A DNA stretch of 64,000 bases from Polaromonas sp. YR568. Lineage in GTDB: Bacteria > Pseudomonadota > Gammaproteobacteria > Burkholderiales > Burkholderiaceae_C. Position 1 is the first letter of the stretch, and each line of letters opens with the position of its first letter. The notes under the pieces are model-generated. The model was not told the DNA's origin. It did no database searches and worked only from the letters and a program-made list of their open reading frames with translations. The stretch covers positions 11,888-75,887 of the forward strand of contig NZ_CALSAL010000006.1 in NCBI RefSeq assembly GCF_943372955.1, given 5' to 3'. The position numbers were made by a program, and so were the translations under genes. Positions 1 through 8,532 of the stretch are shown here, piece after piece.

Positions 1-273
1 CCAGCCCGCCTGCTGGTTCGATTTGTCGTTCTCGTATTCCCACGCGGTGCCGCAGCGGTCACAGCGGTAGCTGGTGATGGCAACCAGCCCACCGCGGCGG
101 GTTTCGTGGCGGTTGTTGCCCTGCACCAGTTCTGGGTGGCCCGGTGCCTTGCGCCAGTTGCGCTGAATGCCAGCGCAGGAGTCGCACAGCGCCATCTTCT
201 TCAGCTCGCTGGCACGTGCTGCGGCAGCGGCGTCTTGAGGTGTGCTGTCTTTGGGCGGGTTGTCTTGTGTCAT
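1..273 (-). CDS. hypothetical small Cys-rich protein (two CxxC pairs, zinc-ribbon-like); C-terminus lies beyond the window edge
   Basis: Not in the ORF track because it runs off the window. Reverse-strand ATG at 273-271 reads MTQDNPPKDSTPQDAAAAARASELKKMALCDSCAGIQRNWRKAPGHPELVQGNNRHETRRGGLVAITSYRCDRCGTAWEYENDKSNQQAGW with no stop through base 1. Third positions are GC-rich. The ATG overlaps the TGA of the upstream DTW gene (ATGA). Confidence 0.45.
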   Translation of the reverse strand, partial: MTQDNPPKDSTPQDAAAAARASELKKMALCDSCAGIQRNWRKAPGHPELVQGNNRHETRRGGLVAITSYRCDRCGTAWEYENDKSNQQAGW

Positions 274-1118
274 GCCCCGATGCTACCCGCGTGCGACCCG
301 AACGCTGAGCGCAGGCCGCGCAAACGCCGGTGCGCGGCGCACTCCGTGTCCACGGGCAACTGTTGTTTGGCCTGCAGGTAGTGATGGGTGAAGACATCAA
401 GGTAAGCCTCCAGCGTCTGCGCCGCATGGGTTTCCCCGGCCAGCTCCAGGCACAGTGCGGCAACTTCCGAGGTGCAAAAGTGGCTCTGCTCCCCCACCAG
501 CCGTTTCGACCGGCGCAGCCGGTAGCGCGAGAGCTGATCGCCCTGCAGGCTGAGCACCGGCAGGTGATTCAGGTAAGGGCTCTTGCGGAACATCTTGCGC
601 GCCTCGGGCCACGTCGCATCGAGCAGCACAAACAGCGGGCGCTTGCGCTCGGGAGGCTTGCAGTGAAGCACCTCAGCCACCACCCGCTCAGCCGCCACGA
701 ACTCGCCCGGAAACACCAGATACGGCTGCCACTGCGGGTCCGCCAGCAGGGCCAGCAAGGCCGGGTCGACCTCGGTACGCGCCCAGCCAAACGCAAAGGT
801 GTCGGCCACCACATCGGCAATCAGCCAGCCGGTGTTGCTCGGTTTGAGCGGCTCGGTGTCGGCCATCAGCAGGCACACACCTGCGCGCACCGCCATGACC
901 GGCCGCACGGCACACAGGCAGTGGCTGGGCACCAGACGGCAACCGGCACAACGCTCACCGCGCGGGCCACCACGGGCCAGAAAGGGCTTGGTGCTGCGTG
1001 CCAGGCGGGCGGTGCGCAGGCGGCTGACGGCATGGGGTACAGCGCGGGGCTTCATCAACAAAGGCCGGGCTTCGCCAACAGCAGCAGACTCAGCCTCACG
1101 TGCTGAGGACGCGCTCAT
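270..1118 (-). CDS. DTW domain-containing protein (TapT/TuaA-type tRNA aminocarboxypropyltransferase family)
   Basis: ORF 270..1175 trimmed to Met20 (ATG 1118-1116), which overlaps the stop of the upstream hydrolase gene (ATGA). Cys cluster CAGCRLVPSHCLC and the eponymous motif LLDATWPEARKM. Confidence 0.8.
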   Translation of the reverse strand: MSASSAREAESAAVGEARPLLMKPRAVPHAVSRLRTARLARSTKPFLARGGPRGERCAGCRLVPSHCLCAVRPVMAVRAGVCLLMADTEPLKPSNTGWLIADVVADTFAFGWARTEVDPALLALLADPQWQPYLVFPGEFVAAERVVAEVLHCKPPERKRPLFVLLDATWPEARKMFRKSPYLNHLPVLSLQGDQLSRYRLRRSKRLVGEQSHFCTSEVAALCLELAGETHAAQTLEAYLDVFTHHYLQAKQQLPVDTECAAHRRLRGLRSAFGSHAGSIGA

Positions 1119-1978
1119 CGCACCCCCATCATGCGCAGGGTGGCCTTGAATACCGGGCTGTCGGCATCGGCCCATTCCAGCACGCTGTCGAAATGATGGC
1201 GCCCTGCCAGTTCGTGCAGCTCGGCCGGGTTGCCGTGTGATGTCCAGTAGTGGGCGGTATCGCGCGCCTGTTGCCGGTAGTCATCGGTCTCCAGTGCGCC
1301 GACGGCCACGATCAGCGGGCAGGAAGCGGTCGGCACACGGTGCGCGAGCGATGCCTGCAGCACGGTGGCCCGGTCCAGATGCAGATTCTGGTTGCGAAAT
1401 GACAGGCGAACCGGCTCAAGGTCGGCCAGACCGCTGATGAACACCGCGCCTTTGATGGGGTGGGGGATCGGATCGGCAGTCAAAAGCTGCCCGACCAGAT
1501 TGGCGCCGGAAGAGTGTCCCGCCACATGAATCCTCGACGCGTCTCCGCCGTAAGCGCCGATATGCTCTGCCACCCACGCCAGCATGCGGCCGACCTGCGC
1601 GCCCATGGCCGGGAGCGTGGTGTGCGGCACCAGTGCAAAGTCTGGCACGACCAACGTGACGCCTGCAGCGACAAAGGCCGCAGCCGCGAAGCCGGCTTCC
1701 TCTTTCGACAGTGAGCGCCAGTCGCCGCCATGCAGAAAGACCATGACCGGGGCGCCCGGCTGCGCGGCGGGATAGATGTCCAGCAGCTCTTCACTGGCAC
1801 TGCCGTAGCGCAGGCTTTCCATGCAGCGCAGGCTGGCCTTGCAGGCGCGGGTGCTTTCTGCGTACTGCCGGATGAAAGCCGTGAAGTCGGTGGAGCCCGG
1901 GACGGTGGCGCGGCTGTTGTACTGAACATCCAGCGCCGCTTGGTCATAGCCGCGCCAGAGTGCCCCGGTGGTGGCCAT
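1115..1978 (-). CDS. alpha/beta hydrolase (esterase/arylformamidase-like)
   Basis: HGG oxyanion motif (VFLHGGDW), nucleophile elbow GHSSGA, C-terminal His (GRHHFD). Paralogue of 3083..4033. Confidence 0.8.
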   Translation of the reverse strand: MATTGALWRGYDQAALDVQYNSRATVPGSTDFTAFIRQYAESTRACKASLRCMESLRYGSASEELLDIYPAAQPGAPVMVFLHGGDWRSLSKEEAGFAAAAFVAAGVTLVVPDFALVPHTTLPAMGAQVGRMLAWVAEHIGAYGGDASRIHVAGHSSGANLVGQLLTADPIPHPIKGAVFISGLADLEPVRLSFRNQNLHLDRATVLQASLAHRVPTASCPLIVAVGALETDDYRQQARDTAHYWTSHGNPAELHELAGRHHFDSVLEWADADSPVFKATLRMMGVR

Positions 1979-2011
1979 CGTTGCGTGTGCTCTGGATATC
2001 TTTGCCAGGGC

Positions 2012-3004
2012 CTATTCGGCCTTGGCGCCCGAGATGCGAACCGCCTGTGCGTTGCGTGCACTGTCGGCAGCAAGGAAGCTCACAAACTCTTCAGGCTTGC
2101 TGGCCACCAGCTCGTAGCCCTTGGCTGTGACTTCCTGCTGCCTGAACTCGGGCTCGTTCAGGATACGCGTCACCTCGGCGTGCACCTTCTGCACGATGTC
2201 GCGTGGCGTACCGGCGGGCGTAAACAGGCCGAACCAGGCGTTCGATGGAATGTCGGGGAAGCCCTGCTCGGCAAACGTGGGCACATCAGGCACCACGCCA
2301 AGCCGGGTTTTTCCGCCAATGGCCAGCGCTTTCAGGCGCCCGCTCTTGAGGTGCGCCATCGACGATGCCGCACCGGAGAAAGTCAGTTGCACTTCGTTGG
2401 CGATCGCCGCCGGAACGGCCTGCGGAATCCCCTTGTAAGGCACATGAACAATGTCGATGCCGGCCTGGCTCTTGAGCATCTCCATGGCCAGATTGGGCTG
2501 GCTGCCACTGCCATAGGACGCGTAGTTGAGCTTGCCGGGGCTGGTCTTGGCGTGGGCAATCAGTTCCTTCAGGTTGGTGGCCGGCACGCTGGGGTGGGCC
2601 AGCAGCAACTGGTTCAGGAAGACCAGCTGCGTGATCGGAACGAAGTCCTTGACCGGGTCGTAGGGCAGCTTGGCATAGAGGTGCTGGTTGATGGTGACGG
2701 TGGCGTCGGTGGTCAGCATGAGCGTGTAGCCGTCGGCCGGTGCCTTGGCCACGAACTCGGCCGCCAGGATGGTTCCCGCGCCGGGCTTGTTGTCGACGAT
2801 GACGGTCTGTCCCCAGCGCTGGCCCAGCTGCACGCCCAGAATGCGCGCCATGGCATCAATGCCGCCACCGGGTGGGTAGGGCACCACGATGCGCAGCGGC
2901 TTGTTCGGGTAGGTCGCGGCGGAGGGTGCGGGGGTCTGTGCGCTGGCGGTGTGCAGACCAGCCAGCAACAGTGTCGACATCAGTGCTGTCTTCAACAACT
3001 TCAT
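2012..3004 (-). CDS. Bug family tripartite tricarboxylate transporter substrate-binding protein (TctC-like)
   Basis: ORF 2012..3082 trimmed to Met27 (ATG 3004-3002), preceded by AGGA. Signal peptide MKLLKTALMSTLLLAGLHTASA, then YPNKPLRIVVPYPPGGGIDAMARIL, typical of the Bug family. Confidence 0.85.
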   Translation of the reverse strand: MKLLKTALMSTLLLAGLHTASAQTPAPSAATYPNKPLRIVVPYPPGGGIDAMARILGVQLGQRWGQTVIVDNKPGAGTILAAEFVAKAPADGYTLMLTTDATVTINQHLYAKLPYDPVKDFVPITQLVFLNQLLLAHPSVPATNLKELIAHAKTSPGKLNYASYGSGSQPNLAMEMLKSQAGIDIVHVPYKGIPQAVPAAIANEVQLTFSGAASSMAHLKSGRLKALAIGGKTRLGVVPDVPTFAEQGFPDIPSNAWFGLFTPAGTPRDIVQKVHAEVTRILNEPEFRQQEVTAKGYELVASKPEEFVSFLAADSARNAQAVRISGAKAE

Positions 3005-3082
3005 GGGGAGTCCTTTGGCTTGGGTATTAAGAGGCGGAAGAGGCGGGAACAGAAGTGAGGGTGACGGATGCCCAGTGTGCAT

Positions 3083-4033
3083 CTACAGCGACATCATGCG
3101 GGTACAGGCCTTGAACAGTGCCGAGCCAGGGTCGGCTAGGTCGAGCACCATGTCGTAGTGGTTCTTGCCGCCGATCTGAAACGTCTGGACCGGGTTGCCG
3201 TGGGCGCGCCAGTAGTCCCCGGTGGCCAGTGTCTGGCGCTTGAACTCTGCGGTGTCGGTTTCGGCACAGGCCACGATCAGGGGGCAACGGACGGTCGGCC
3301 GCTGGTGCACCAGCGACAGGCGTTGCACGGCGGCCTGGTCGAGCTTCAGTCGCTCGTTGCGGTAGCTCAGGCGCACCGGCTCCAGATCGCACAGACCGCT
3401 GGTGAACGCCGCACCGCGAATCGCGGGGCCGGGACTCAGCCCTGAAGCGGGCCAGTCTGCGGTGAGGCATTGGCTCAGAAGGTGCGAGCCGGAGGAGTGA
3501 CCCGCGAGGTAAATGCGCTGTGGGTCGCCGTCATACTCCGCCACGTGCTGCCCGAGCCACGCCACGGCGCGGCGTGCCTGGCTGACCATGGTGTCGACAG
3601 TCACGGCTGGCACGTTGCCGAAGTTCAGGGCTACCACCAACGCGCCTGCATTCACAAATGCCGGTGCCATGAAAGCGCTGTCGTCCTTGCCCAGTGCTTG
3701 CCACGCGCCACCGTGTATGAACACCAGCACCGGCGCAAGGCCATTAGCCGGACCGTAAATGTCCAGCGTCTCATCGGGTGAGGGGCCGTAGGCGATGTTC
3801 TCCACACACGGCAGGGTGCGTTTGGCCTCATCGCTCAGCGCGCGGTAGCGGGCAATGTAGCTGCGGAAGTTGTCAACGGTCTGCTGGTTGTTGTACTGCG
3901 CGTCCAGACCGGCCTGGTCATAGCCGCCGTATACGGCATGGACCGCATGGACCGGCGACGCTGTCGCTTGGGTATGCGGTGTCATGTCGTCATGCCTGTG
4001 ATGTCCGTCTGCCGTCGCCTGGGGCGCGGGCAT
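3083..4033 (-). CDS. alpha/beta hydrolase (esterase/arylformamidase-like), paralogue of 1115..1978
   Basis: VFIHGGAW, GHSSGSHL, and a shared C-terminal block CPLIVA...YW..HGNP. The start could instead be Met17 (3985). Confidence 0.8.
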   Translation of the reverse strand: MPAPQATADGHHRHDDMTPHTQATASPVHAVHAVYGGYDQAGLDAQYNNQQTVDNFRSYIARYRALSDEAKRTLPCVENIAYGPSPDETLDIYGPANGLAPVLVFIHGGAWQALGKDDSAFMAPAFVNAGALVVALNFGNVPAVTVDTMVSQARRAVAWLGQHVAEYDGDPQRIYLAGHSSGSHLLSQCLTADWPASGLSPGPAIRGAAFTSGLCDLEPVRLSYRNERLKLDQAAVQRLSLVHQRPTVRCPLIVACAETDTAEFKRQTLATGDYWRAHGNPVQTFQIGGKNHYDMVLDLADPGSALFKACTRMMSL

Positions 4034-4038
4034 GAGCT

Positions 4039-4515
4039 TTAATGGTGATGCCCGTGCTCACCATGCACATGCTGGTGGGCAATCTCTTCTTCGGATGCGG
4101 TGCGCACATCGGTGACCTTGAGCGTGAAGCGCAGCGCCTTGCCAGCCAGCGGATGGTTGGCATCGAGCAGCACGGTGTCGCCCTTGATCTTGGTGACATT
4201 GAAGATCTGCACGCGGCCATCGTCGCCGCGGCCTTCAAGCTGGCCACCGACCTTCACCCCGGGCGGGAACTGGCTGCGGGGGATGGTGCGCACCAGCGAC
4301 TCGTCGCGCAGGCCAAACGCGTCTTCGGCGGCCAGCGCCAGCACCGTCTGGTAGCCGGGCGCCTGGCCCTCCAGCGCTTCCTCGATTTTCGGCAGGGTGT
4401 TGCCATAGCCGCCGTGCAGGTAAACCATCGGGTCCTTGCTTTCTTCGATCAGCTTGCCGTTGGCGTCAGACACCTTGAAGCGCAGGGTGACAGCGGTGTT
4501 TTTTTCGATTTTCAT
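4039..4515 (-). CDS. slyD: FKBP-type peptidyl-prolyl cis-trans isomerase SlyD
   Basis: ORF 4039..4689 trimmed to Met59 (ATG 4515-4513). MKIEKNTAVTLRFKVSD...VYLHGGYGN...LDANHPLAGKAL and a His-rich tail HQHVHGEHGHHH. Confidence 0.85.
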   Translation of the reverse strand: MKIEKNTAVTLRFKVSDANGKLIEESKDPMVYLHGGYGNTLPKIEEALEGQAPGYQTVLALAAEDAFGLRDESLVRTIPRSQFPPGVKVGGQLEGRGDDGRVQIFNVTKIKGDTVLLDANHPLAGKALRFTLKVTDVRTASEEEIAHQHVHGEHGHHH

Positions 4516-4713
4516 GGGGCTCTGCAAAAGGTGTGTGGGGTGAGGATCAGGTTGCCGCATCGCACCCCGAGAGGTACCCTGCGGCGATGGGGATGATCTT
4601 AGCAACCCGTTGAAAACCCCGTTGCGGGCTTCAGGTGTCATGACATGGATGGGTAAACTGCCTGCGGCGCTGCTCCATGGTTGCGTCATGAGTCCAACGA
4701 AAGAGGATCTGAG

Positions 4714-5388
4714 ATGAGTGTTTCCGGCTCTGCTGCCATGGCAGATGCACCGATGCTAGGTGCCATCGAGCTCTTGCCTGCAGTGGCCACGCCCCGGCAA
4801 TTGTTCGTGCTGCTGCACGACGCCGGCGGGCATGGCACCGACATGCTGGAACTGGGGCAGGTGCTGGGCGGCGCCTTCCCCGAGGCAGCCGTGCTGATTC
4901 CTGAAGGGTTGGCAGGCGAGCATGCCGACCCGGCCGTGGCGCTGGCTTCGGGTGACGACGACGCGGAGGCGCTGGCCGCGCGCGTGCAACGGCTGGCCGG
5001 GTTTGTGCGCGCGCAGCAGCAGCGCTTTGATGTGCTGCAGACCGACACCGCGCTCGCTGGCTTTGGTGCGGGTGCCAGCCTGGCCCTGGCACTGAGCGAC
5101 GCGCACGACGGCACGGTGGGCCGCGTGCTGGCGTTTGGCGGCGGCTACCCGGTGTGGCCGGCCAAAGCCCCTGCCTTCACCACGCTGCATCTGCTGCATG
5201 GCCGGAACGACGCGGTGGTGCCCTGGGCGCGCATGCGCAGCGACTTCGATCACCTGATGACGCTGGGCGCCGACGCGACTTTCGATGTCGCCGCTACGCT
5301 GGGCCATGAGCTGCACCCGGCGCTGATGGACCAGGCGGTGACGCGTTTACAAACGTGCGTACCGCTGCGGCACTGGAAAGCCGTTTAG
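4714..5388 (+). CDS. phospholipase/carboxylesterase-family alpha/beta-fold protein lacking the canonical nucleophile Ser
   Basis: The ORF-track start 4681 is TTG. ATG 4714 has AAGAGGA 7 nt upstream. Family pattern FVLLHDAGGHG...LHLLHGRNDAVVP...LGHELH, but the elbow reads GFGAGAS instead of GFSQG. Confidence 0.7.
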   Translation: MSVSGSAAMADAPMLGAIELLPAVATPRQLFVLLHDAGGHGTDMLELGQVLGGAFPEAAVLIPEGLAGEHADPAVALASGDDDAEALAARVQRLAGFVRAQQQRFDVLQTDTALAGFGAGASLALALSDAHDGTVGRVLAFGGGYPVWPAKAPAFTTLHLLHGRNDAVVPWARMRSDFDHLMTLGADATFDVAATLGHELHPALMDQAVTRLQTCVPLRHWKAV

Positions 5389-5391
5389 GTA

Positions 5392-5545
5392 CGCCCCCAC
5401 GGTCGTTCGCTACGCGTAACTCCCTGCCCCCCCGAGGGGGCCGTCCGCCTGTGGCCCGGTAAAGCCGGTTCCACGGCTCCACTGATGAAGACATTGACCC
5501 ACGGATGCCCACTGAATGTCGTTCGTCCTGAGCCTGTCGAAGGAT
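5392..5545. repeat. REP-like GC-rich intergenic repeat, copy A (inverted relative to copies B and C)
   Basis: 5392-5480 is the reverse complement of the unit seen at 13942-14030 and 17377-17531, with a central CCCCCCCGAGGGGG hairpin. It is followed by GTTCGTCCTGAGCCTGTCGAAGG at 5521-5543. Confidence 0.7.
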
Positions 5546-5580
5546 ACGCCCGGCTCCACCCCTCTATGGCATGGGGCTCT

Positions 5581-6252
5581 TTATCTGCAGGCCTGTAGCG
5601 CTTTGCCTTCAAGCTGAGGCTTGATCGTTTCAAGCTGGGCTTTCAGCGCGCTGTCCACTTTGGCCAGGCGCAGCACCTGGCCGCGCACCTCGGCTCGCTC
5701 CTGCACCACACGTGCGGTGCGCACGCCGCGGGTGGCGATTTTGGCGAGCTCTGCGTCGGCCTCGGCCTTCTGGCTGAACTGGCCGAGCGACAGGCCCGGG
5801 CTCAGGGTCGGGTTGGTGACCGACTCGAAAGACACCTTGAGCTGCCTCAGCTCGCTGCGTTTCCTGCCCAGCGCGTCGTCGCTGGCGAACTTGCCCATGT
5901 AAATGATCCAGCGCGCCGGCTCCACGCTGCTCTCCAGCGCCCAGCTGCCCGGGGGCAGGCTGGTTTCAAGCAGCGGGCGGAGCGCCCCGGTTTGCTGTTC
6001 GTTGAAGAGGCCGGCCTGCAGGCATTCGGTGGCAGGCTGTGCGGCCGTGGTGACCACCGAGGCATTCTCGATCTGGCGCGCTTCGGCGTGCGTCAAGAGG
6101 CGCATGGCCTGTGGCTGGATCTGCTGGTCGAGGCGTTGCGGCTCTGCCTGCGTGCTGGGCTCAAAGCCGTAATCGGCCAGCAGGCCCCGCGCCCACGCGA
6201 AATAAGCGCCATTGGCCAGCAGCAGCACCAGCACCAGCAGCCGCAGTGTCAC
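5581..6252 (-). CDS. SPOR domain-containing membrane-anchored protein
   Basis: N-terminal TM helix LRLLVLVLLLANGAYFAW. C-terminal SPOR-like block WIIYMGKFASDDALGRKRSELRQLKV...SLGQFSQKAEADAELAKI. The GTG start overlaps the birA stop. Confidence 0.6.
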   Translation of the reverse strand: MTLRLLVLVLLLANGAYFAWARGLLADYGFEPSTQAEPQRLDQQIQPQAMRLLTHAEARQIENASVVTTAAQPATECLQAGLFNEQQTGALRPLLETSLPPGSWALESSVEPARWIIYMGKFASDDALGRKRSELRQLKVSFESVTNPTLSPGLSLGQFSQKAEADAELAKIATRGVRTARVVQERAEVRGQVLRLAKVDSALKAQLETIKPQLEGKALQACR

Positions 6253-7172
6253 GGCCGGGCTTTCGGGGATGTGCCAGCAGCGGCGGGCACAGGCCGGACG
6301 CTGACTTCAGAGCTGGTGATTTCTTTCATGCCAGCCGCAGTATGCACCAGCAGCGCGCCGTCTTCGCCTGCACCGTGGGCGCTTCCCTGCGTGCCGTCGG
6401 AGAGCTGCACGGCGCGCCCTGCCAGCACATCGCGCGCGGCAAAGCGGGACTGGAAAGGGGCAAAACCAAACTGCGCAAACGCCTGCACCGCCTGCACCAG
6501 CGGTGGCACGATGCGCAGTAAGGCATCGGCCGCCGAGATGCCGGGCAGCAGGCCCTGGAGCGCGCCGGGTGGCAGCGCTGCCATTGAGCTAGGAGCATTG
6601 CCCGGCGCCTCTGCAGGCGGCAAGGCCGGCGTGCGAATGTTCAGGCCGATGCCGATGATCACAAAGCGAAGCTGGTCCCAGCTCGCGGTTTCGACCAGAA
6701 TGCCGCCCAGCTTGCGTTCGCCATCCGGCCCGCACAGCCACAGATCGTTGGGCCATTTGAGGCCGATGTGTTCAGCATGAGGCGCCCCGGCGGGCAGCGG
6801 ATTCAGGCTCTCCGCAACGCTGATACCGGCCACCAGTGACAGACCCGACCACGCAGCCGGCTGCAGCGGCAGGCCGAGCGAGAAAGTGAGGCTGTCGCCA
6901 CGCTGGCTGTGCCACTGGCGGCCCTGGCGGCCGCGGCCAGCGGTCTGCTGCTCGGCCACCAGCAGGATGGGCTCGGGCCGTGGCTCGGCGCTCCTGAGGC
7001 GGCGCATCAGCTCGGTGTTGGTCGAATCGATCTCGGGCAGCACCTCGACGGTGAAGCCGGGCAAGCCCGGTGCCACGGCCTCCCAGATCGCCTCGGCGGG
7101 CCATCGGATGGGTGGGGCGGGCGTGGGGCTCACGGTGGGGTGGGTGGAAGGATAGGGAAGGGCGTGCTGCAC
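6249..7172 (-). CDS. birA: biotin--[acetyl-CoA-carboxylase] ligase
   Basis: GRGRQGRQWHS biotin-ligase motif; KWPNDL block. Confidence 0.85.
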   Translation of the reverse strand: MQHALPYPSTHPTVSPTPAPPIRWPAEAIWEAVAPGLPGFTVEVLPEIDSTNTELMRRLRSAEPRPEPILLVAEQQTAGRGRQGRQWHSQRGDSLTFSLGLPLQPAAWSGLSLVAGISVAESLNPLPAGAPHAEHIGLKWPNDLWLCGPDGERKLGGILVETASWDQLRFVIIGIGLNIRTPALPPAEAPGNAPSSMAALPPGALQGLLPGISAADALLRIVPPLVQAVQAFAQFGFAPFQSRFAARDVLAGRAVQLSDGTQGSAHGAGEDGALLVHTAAGMKEITSSEVSVRPVPAAAGTSPKARP

Positions 7173-7202
7173 GCTGGCAAAGGGCCCGGGAAGTCAGTCT
7201 TT

Positions 7203-7934
7203 CTAGTCTTTCTTTTTGCTGCTGGACTTGTTGCCGGACTTCTTCTTTTCCTTCTTGTCTTTCTTCTCGGCTTTCTTCACCTTGTCAGCCGCCTTGGCCT
7301 TCTTATCGCTCTTCTTTTTCTTGTTGCTTTTCTTGTCATCCTTGTCCTTGGGCGCCAGCAGCGTGCCGCGGCAGTTCTTCGCGCCGCACCAGCAGGGGTA
7401 CTGGGCCAGCAGCTTCTTGGTGTACTTGGCGTCGATGATGAGGCCGTAGTCATAGAACAGCTCTTCACCGGCCTTGATGTTGCGCAGCGCCTTGATGAAC
7501 ACGCGACCGCCTTCTTCGTCGGCTTCGCAATTGGGCTTGCAGCTGTGGTTGATCCAGCGCGACGAGTTGCCACCATGCTTGGCGTCAATCACATGGTCTT
7601 CGTCGATGTGGAAGTAGAAGGTGTGGTTCGGGTCCTTGGGGTCGTGTGGGTGGCGGCGCAGCGCCTCTTCCCAGTTGATGACCTCGCCCACGTACTCGAT
7701 CAGGGTCTCGCCTTCGGCCAGGTCCTGCAGCGCAAACACCCCCTTGCCATGCACGCCCGAGCGGCGCGTCTGGATGCGGCGCCCATCCAGGAGGGCTGCG
7801 GAACCTGCAGGTGTCAAAGCGGTCTGACGTGAAGTGGTGACGGGGGCGGCCGAAGCCTCTGTTTTTGACACGACGTATTTTTTTGGTATGGTTAATTCAT
7901 GCAGGTGCGCGTGCGTGCATGTGCGCCCGCGCAC
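7203..7934 (-). CDS. SET domain protein-lysine methyltransferase-like protein with a ~50-aa Lys-rich C-terminal tail
   Basis: GKGVFA...GETLIEYVGEVI, RWINHSCKPNCE, ELFYDYG, post-SET Cys cluster CWCGAKNCRG, then KDKDDKKSNKKKKSDKKAKAADKVKKAEKKDKKEKKKSGNKSSSKKKD. The true start is probably downstream (for example GTG 7871); the first ~20 codons look non-coding and A/T-rich. Confidence 0.8.
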   Translation of the reverse strand: MRGRTCTHAHLHELTIPKKYVVSKTEASAAPVTTSRQTALTPAGSAALLDGRRIQTRRSGVHGKGVFALQDLAEGETLIEYVGEVINWEEALRRHPHDPKDPNHTFYFHIDEDHVIDAKHGGNSSRWINHSCKPNCEADEEGGRVFIKALRNIKAGEELFYDYGLIIDAKYTKKLLAQYPCWCGAKNCRGTLLAPKDKDDKKSNKKKKSDKKAKAADKVKKAEKKDKKEKKKSGNKSSSKKKD

Positions 7935-8001
7935 CCGCGCGCGTATGTGCGCGAGAGCCGCTATTGTATGAGGCGCCTGCCGCCATCACAGGAGTTCACC
8001 T

Positions 8002-8532
8002 TTGTTCAACCGCCGGGAAACGCTCGGAAGTCTGGTCCGAAGTCTCGCTGCCCTCGCCTTGCCGGCACTGGGCGGTGGAGCGCAGCGCGTGTGGGCCAAG
8101 GGTGAGGGCGCGCCGCTTCCGGCGGTGGGCAGCGCGCTGCGTTTGCCCTCGCTGGCCTTGCTCGACGGCCGCATGTGGACGCCGCGCGAGGCCGAGGGAA
8201 AAGTGCTTGTGGTGTACTGGTGGGCCAGCTGGTGCCCTTTTTGTGCCGTGCAGTCGCCTCATATAGAAGCGCTGTGGCAAGCCCAGAAGGCCCGTGGCCT
8301 GCACGTGCTGGCCCTGTCGATCGACAAGCAGCCGGCTGCGGCTGCCAACTACATGAAGGCCAAGGGCTACAGCTTTCCCGCCGGGATGCTGACCCCCGAG
8401 GCCGCGAAATTGCTCCCCAAGCCGGCCGGTCTGCCGGTGGTGGTGGTTCGCGGGCGCGACGGCAAAGTCGTGTTCGCCGAAAGCGGGGAAATGTTCCCTG
8501 AAGACATTGAAGGTTTGAAGAAGTACTTATGA
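8002..8532 (+). CDS. TlpA-family thiol:disulfide oxidoreductase (periplasmic thioredoxin-like)
   Basis: TTG start with AGGAG 6 nt upstream. Twin-arginine-like N-terminus FNRRETLGSL. WASWCPFC active site. Confidence 0.8.
   Translation: MFNRRETLGSLVRSLAALALPALGGGAQRVWAKGEGAPLPAVGSALRLPSLALLDGRMWTPREAEGKVLVVYWWASWCPFCAVQSPHIEALWQAQKARGLHVLALSIDKQPAAAANYMKAKGYSFPAGMLTPEAAKLLPKPAGLPVVVVRGRDGKVVFAESGEMFPEDIEGLKKYL

Noticed and set aside
1730-3058. 442-aa plus-strand ORF over the Bug gene; also 35939..37042, 43448..44464, 56551..57438, 61952..63088 and 62853..63746
   Set aside because: All lie antisense to genes with clear family signatures and show the R/G/A/H/Q-rich artefact composition.
5385-5633. 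Short ORFs inside the repeat copies (for example 5294..5512, 5385..5633, 13891..14115, 17431..17742)
   Set aside because: They are created by the repeat sequence itself, have no start context and overlap hairpins. They are not genes.
7206-7355. CTT/CTTCTT-rich tract as a non-coding simple-sequence repeat
   Set aside because: It is in frame with the SET domain and encodes the Lys-rich tail on the minus strand. I treat it as coding low complexity.
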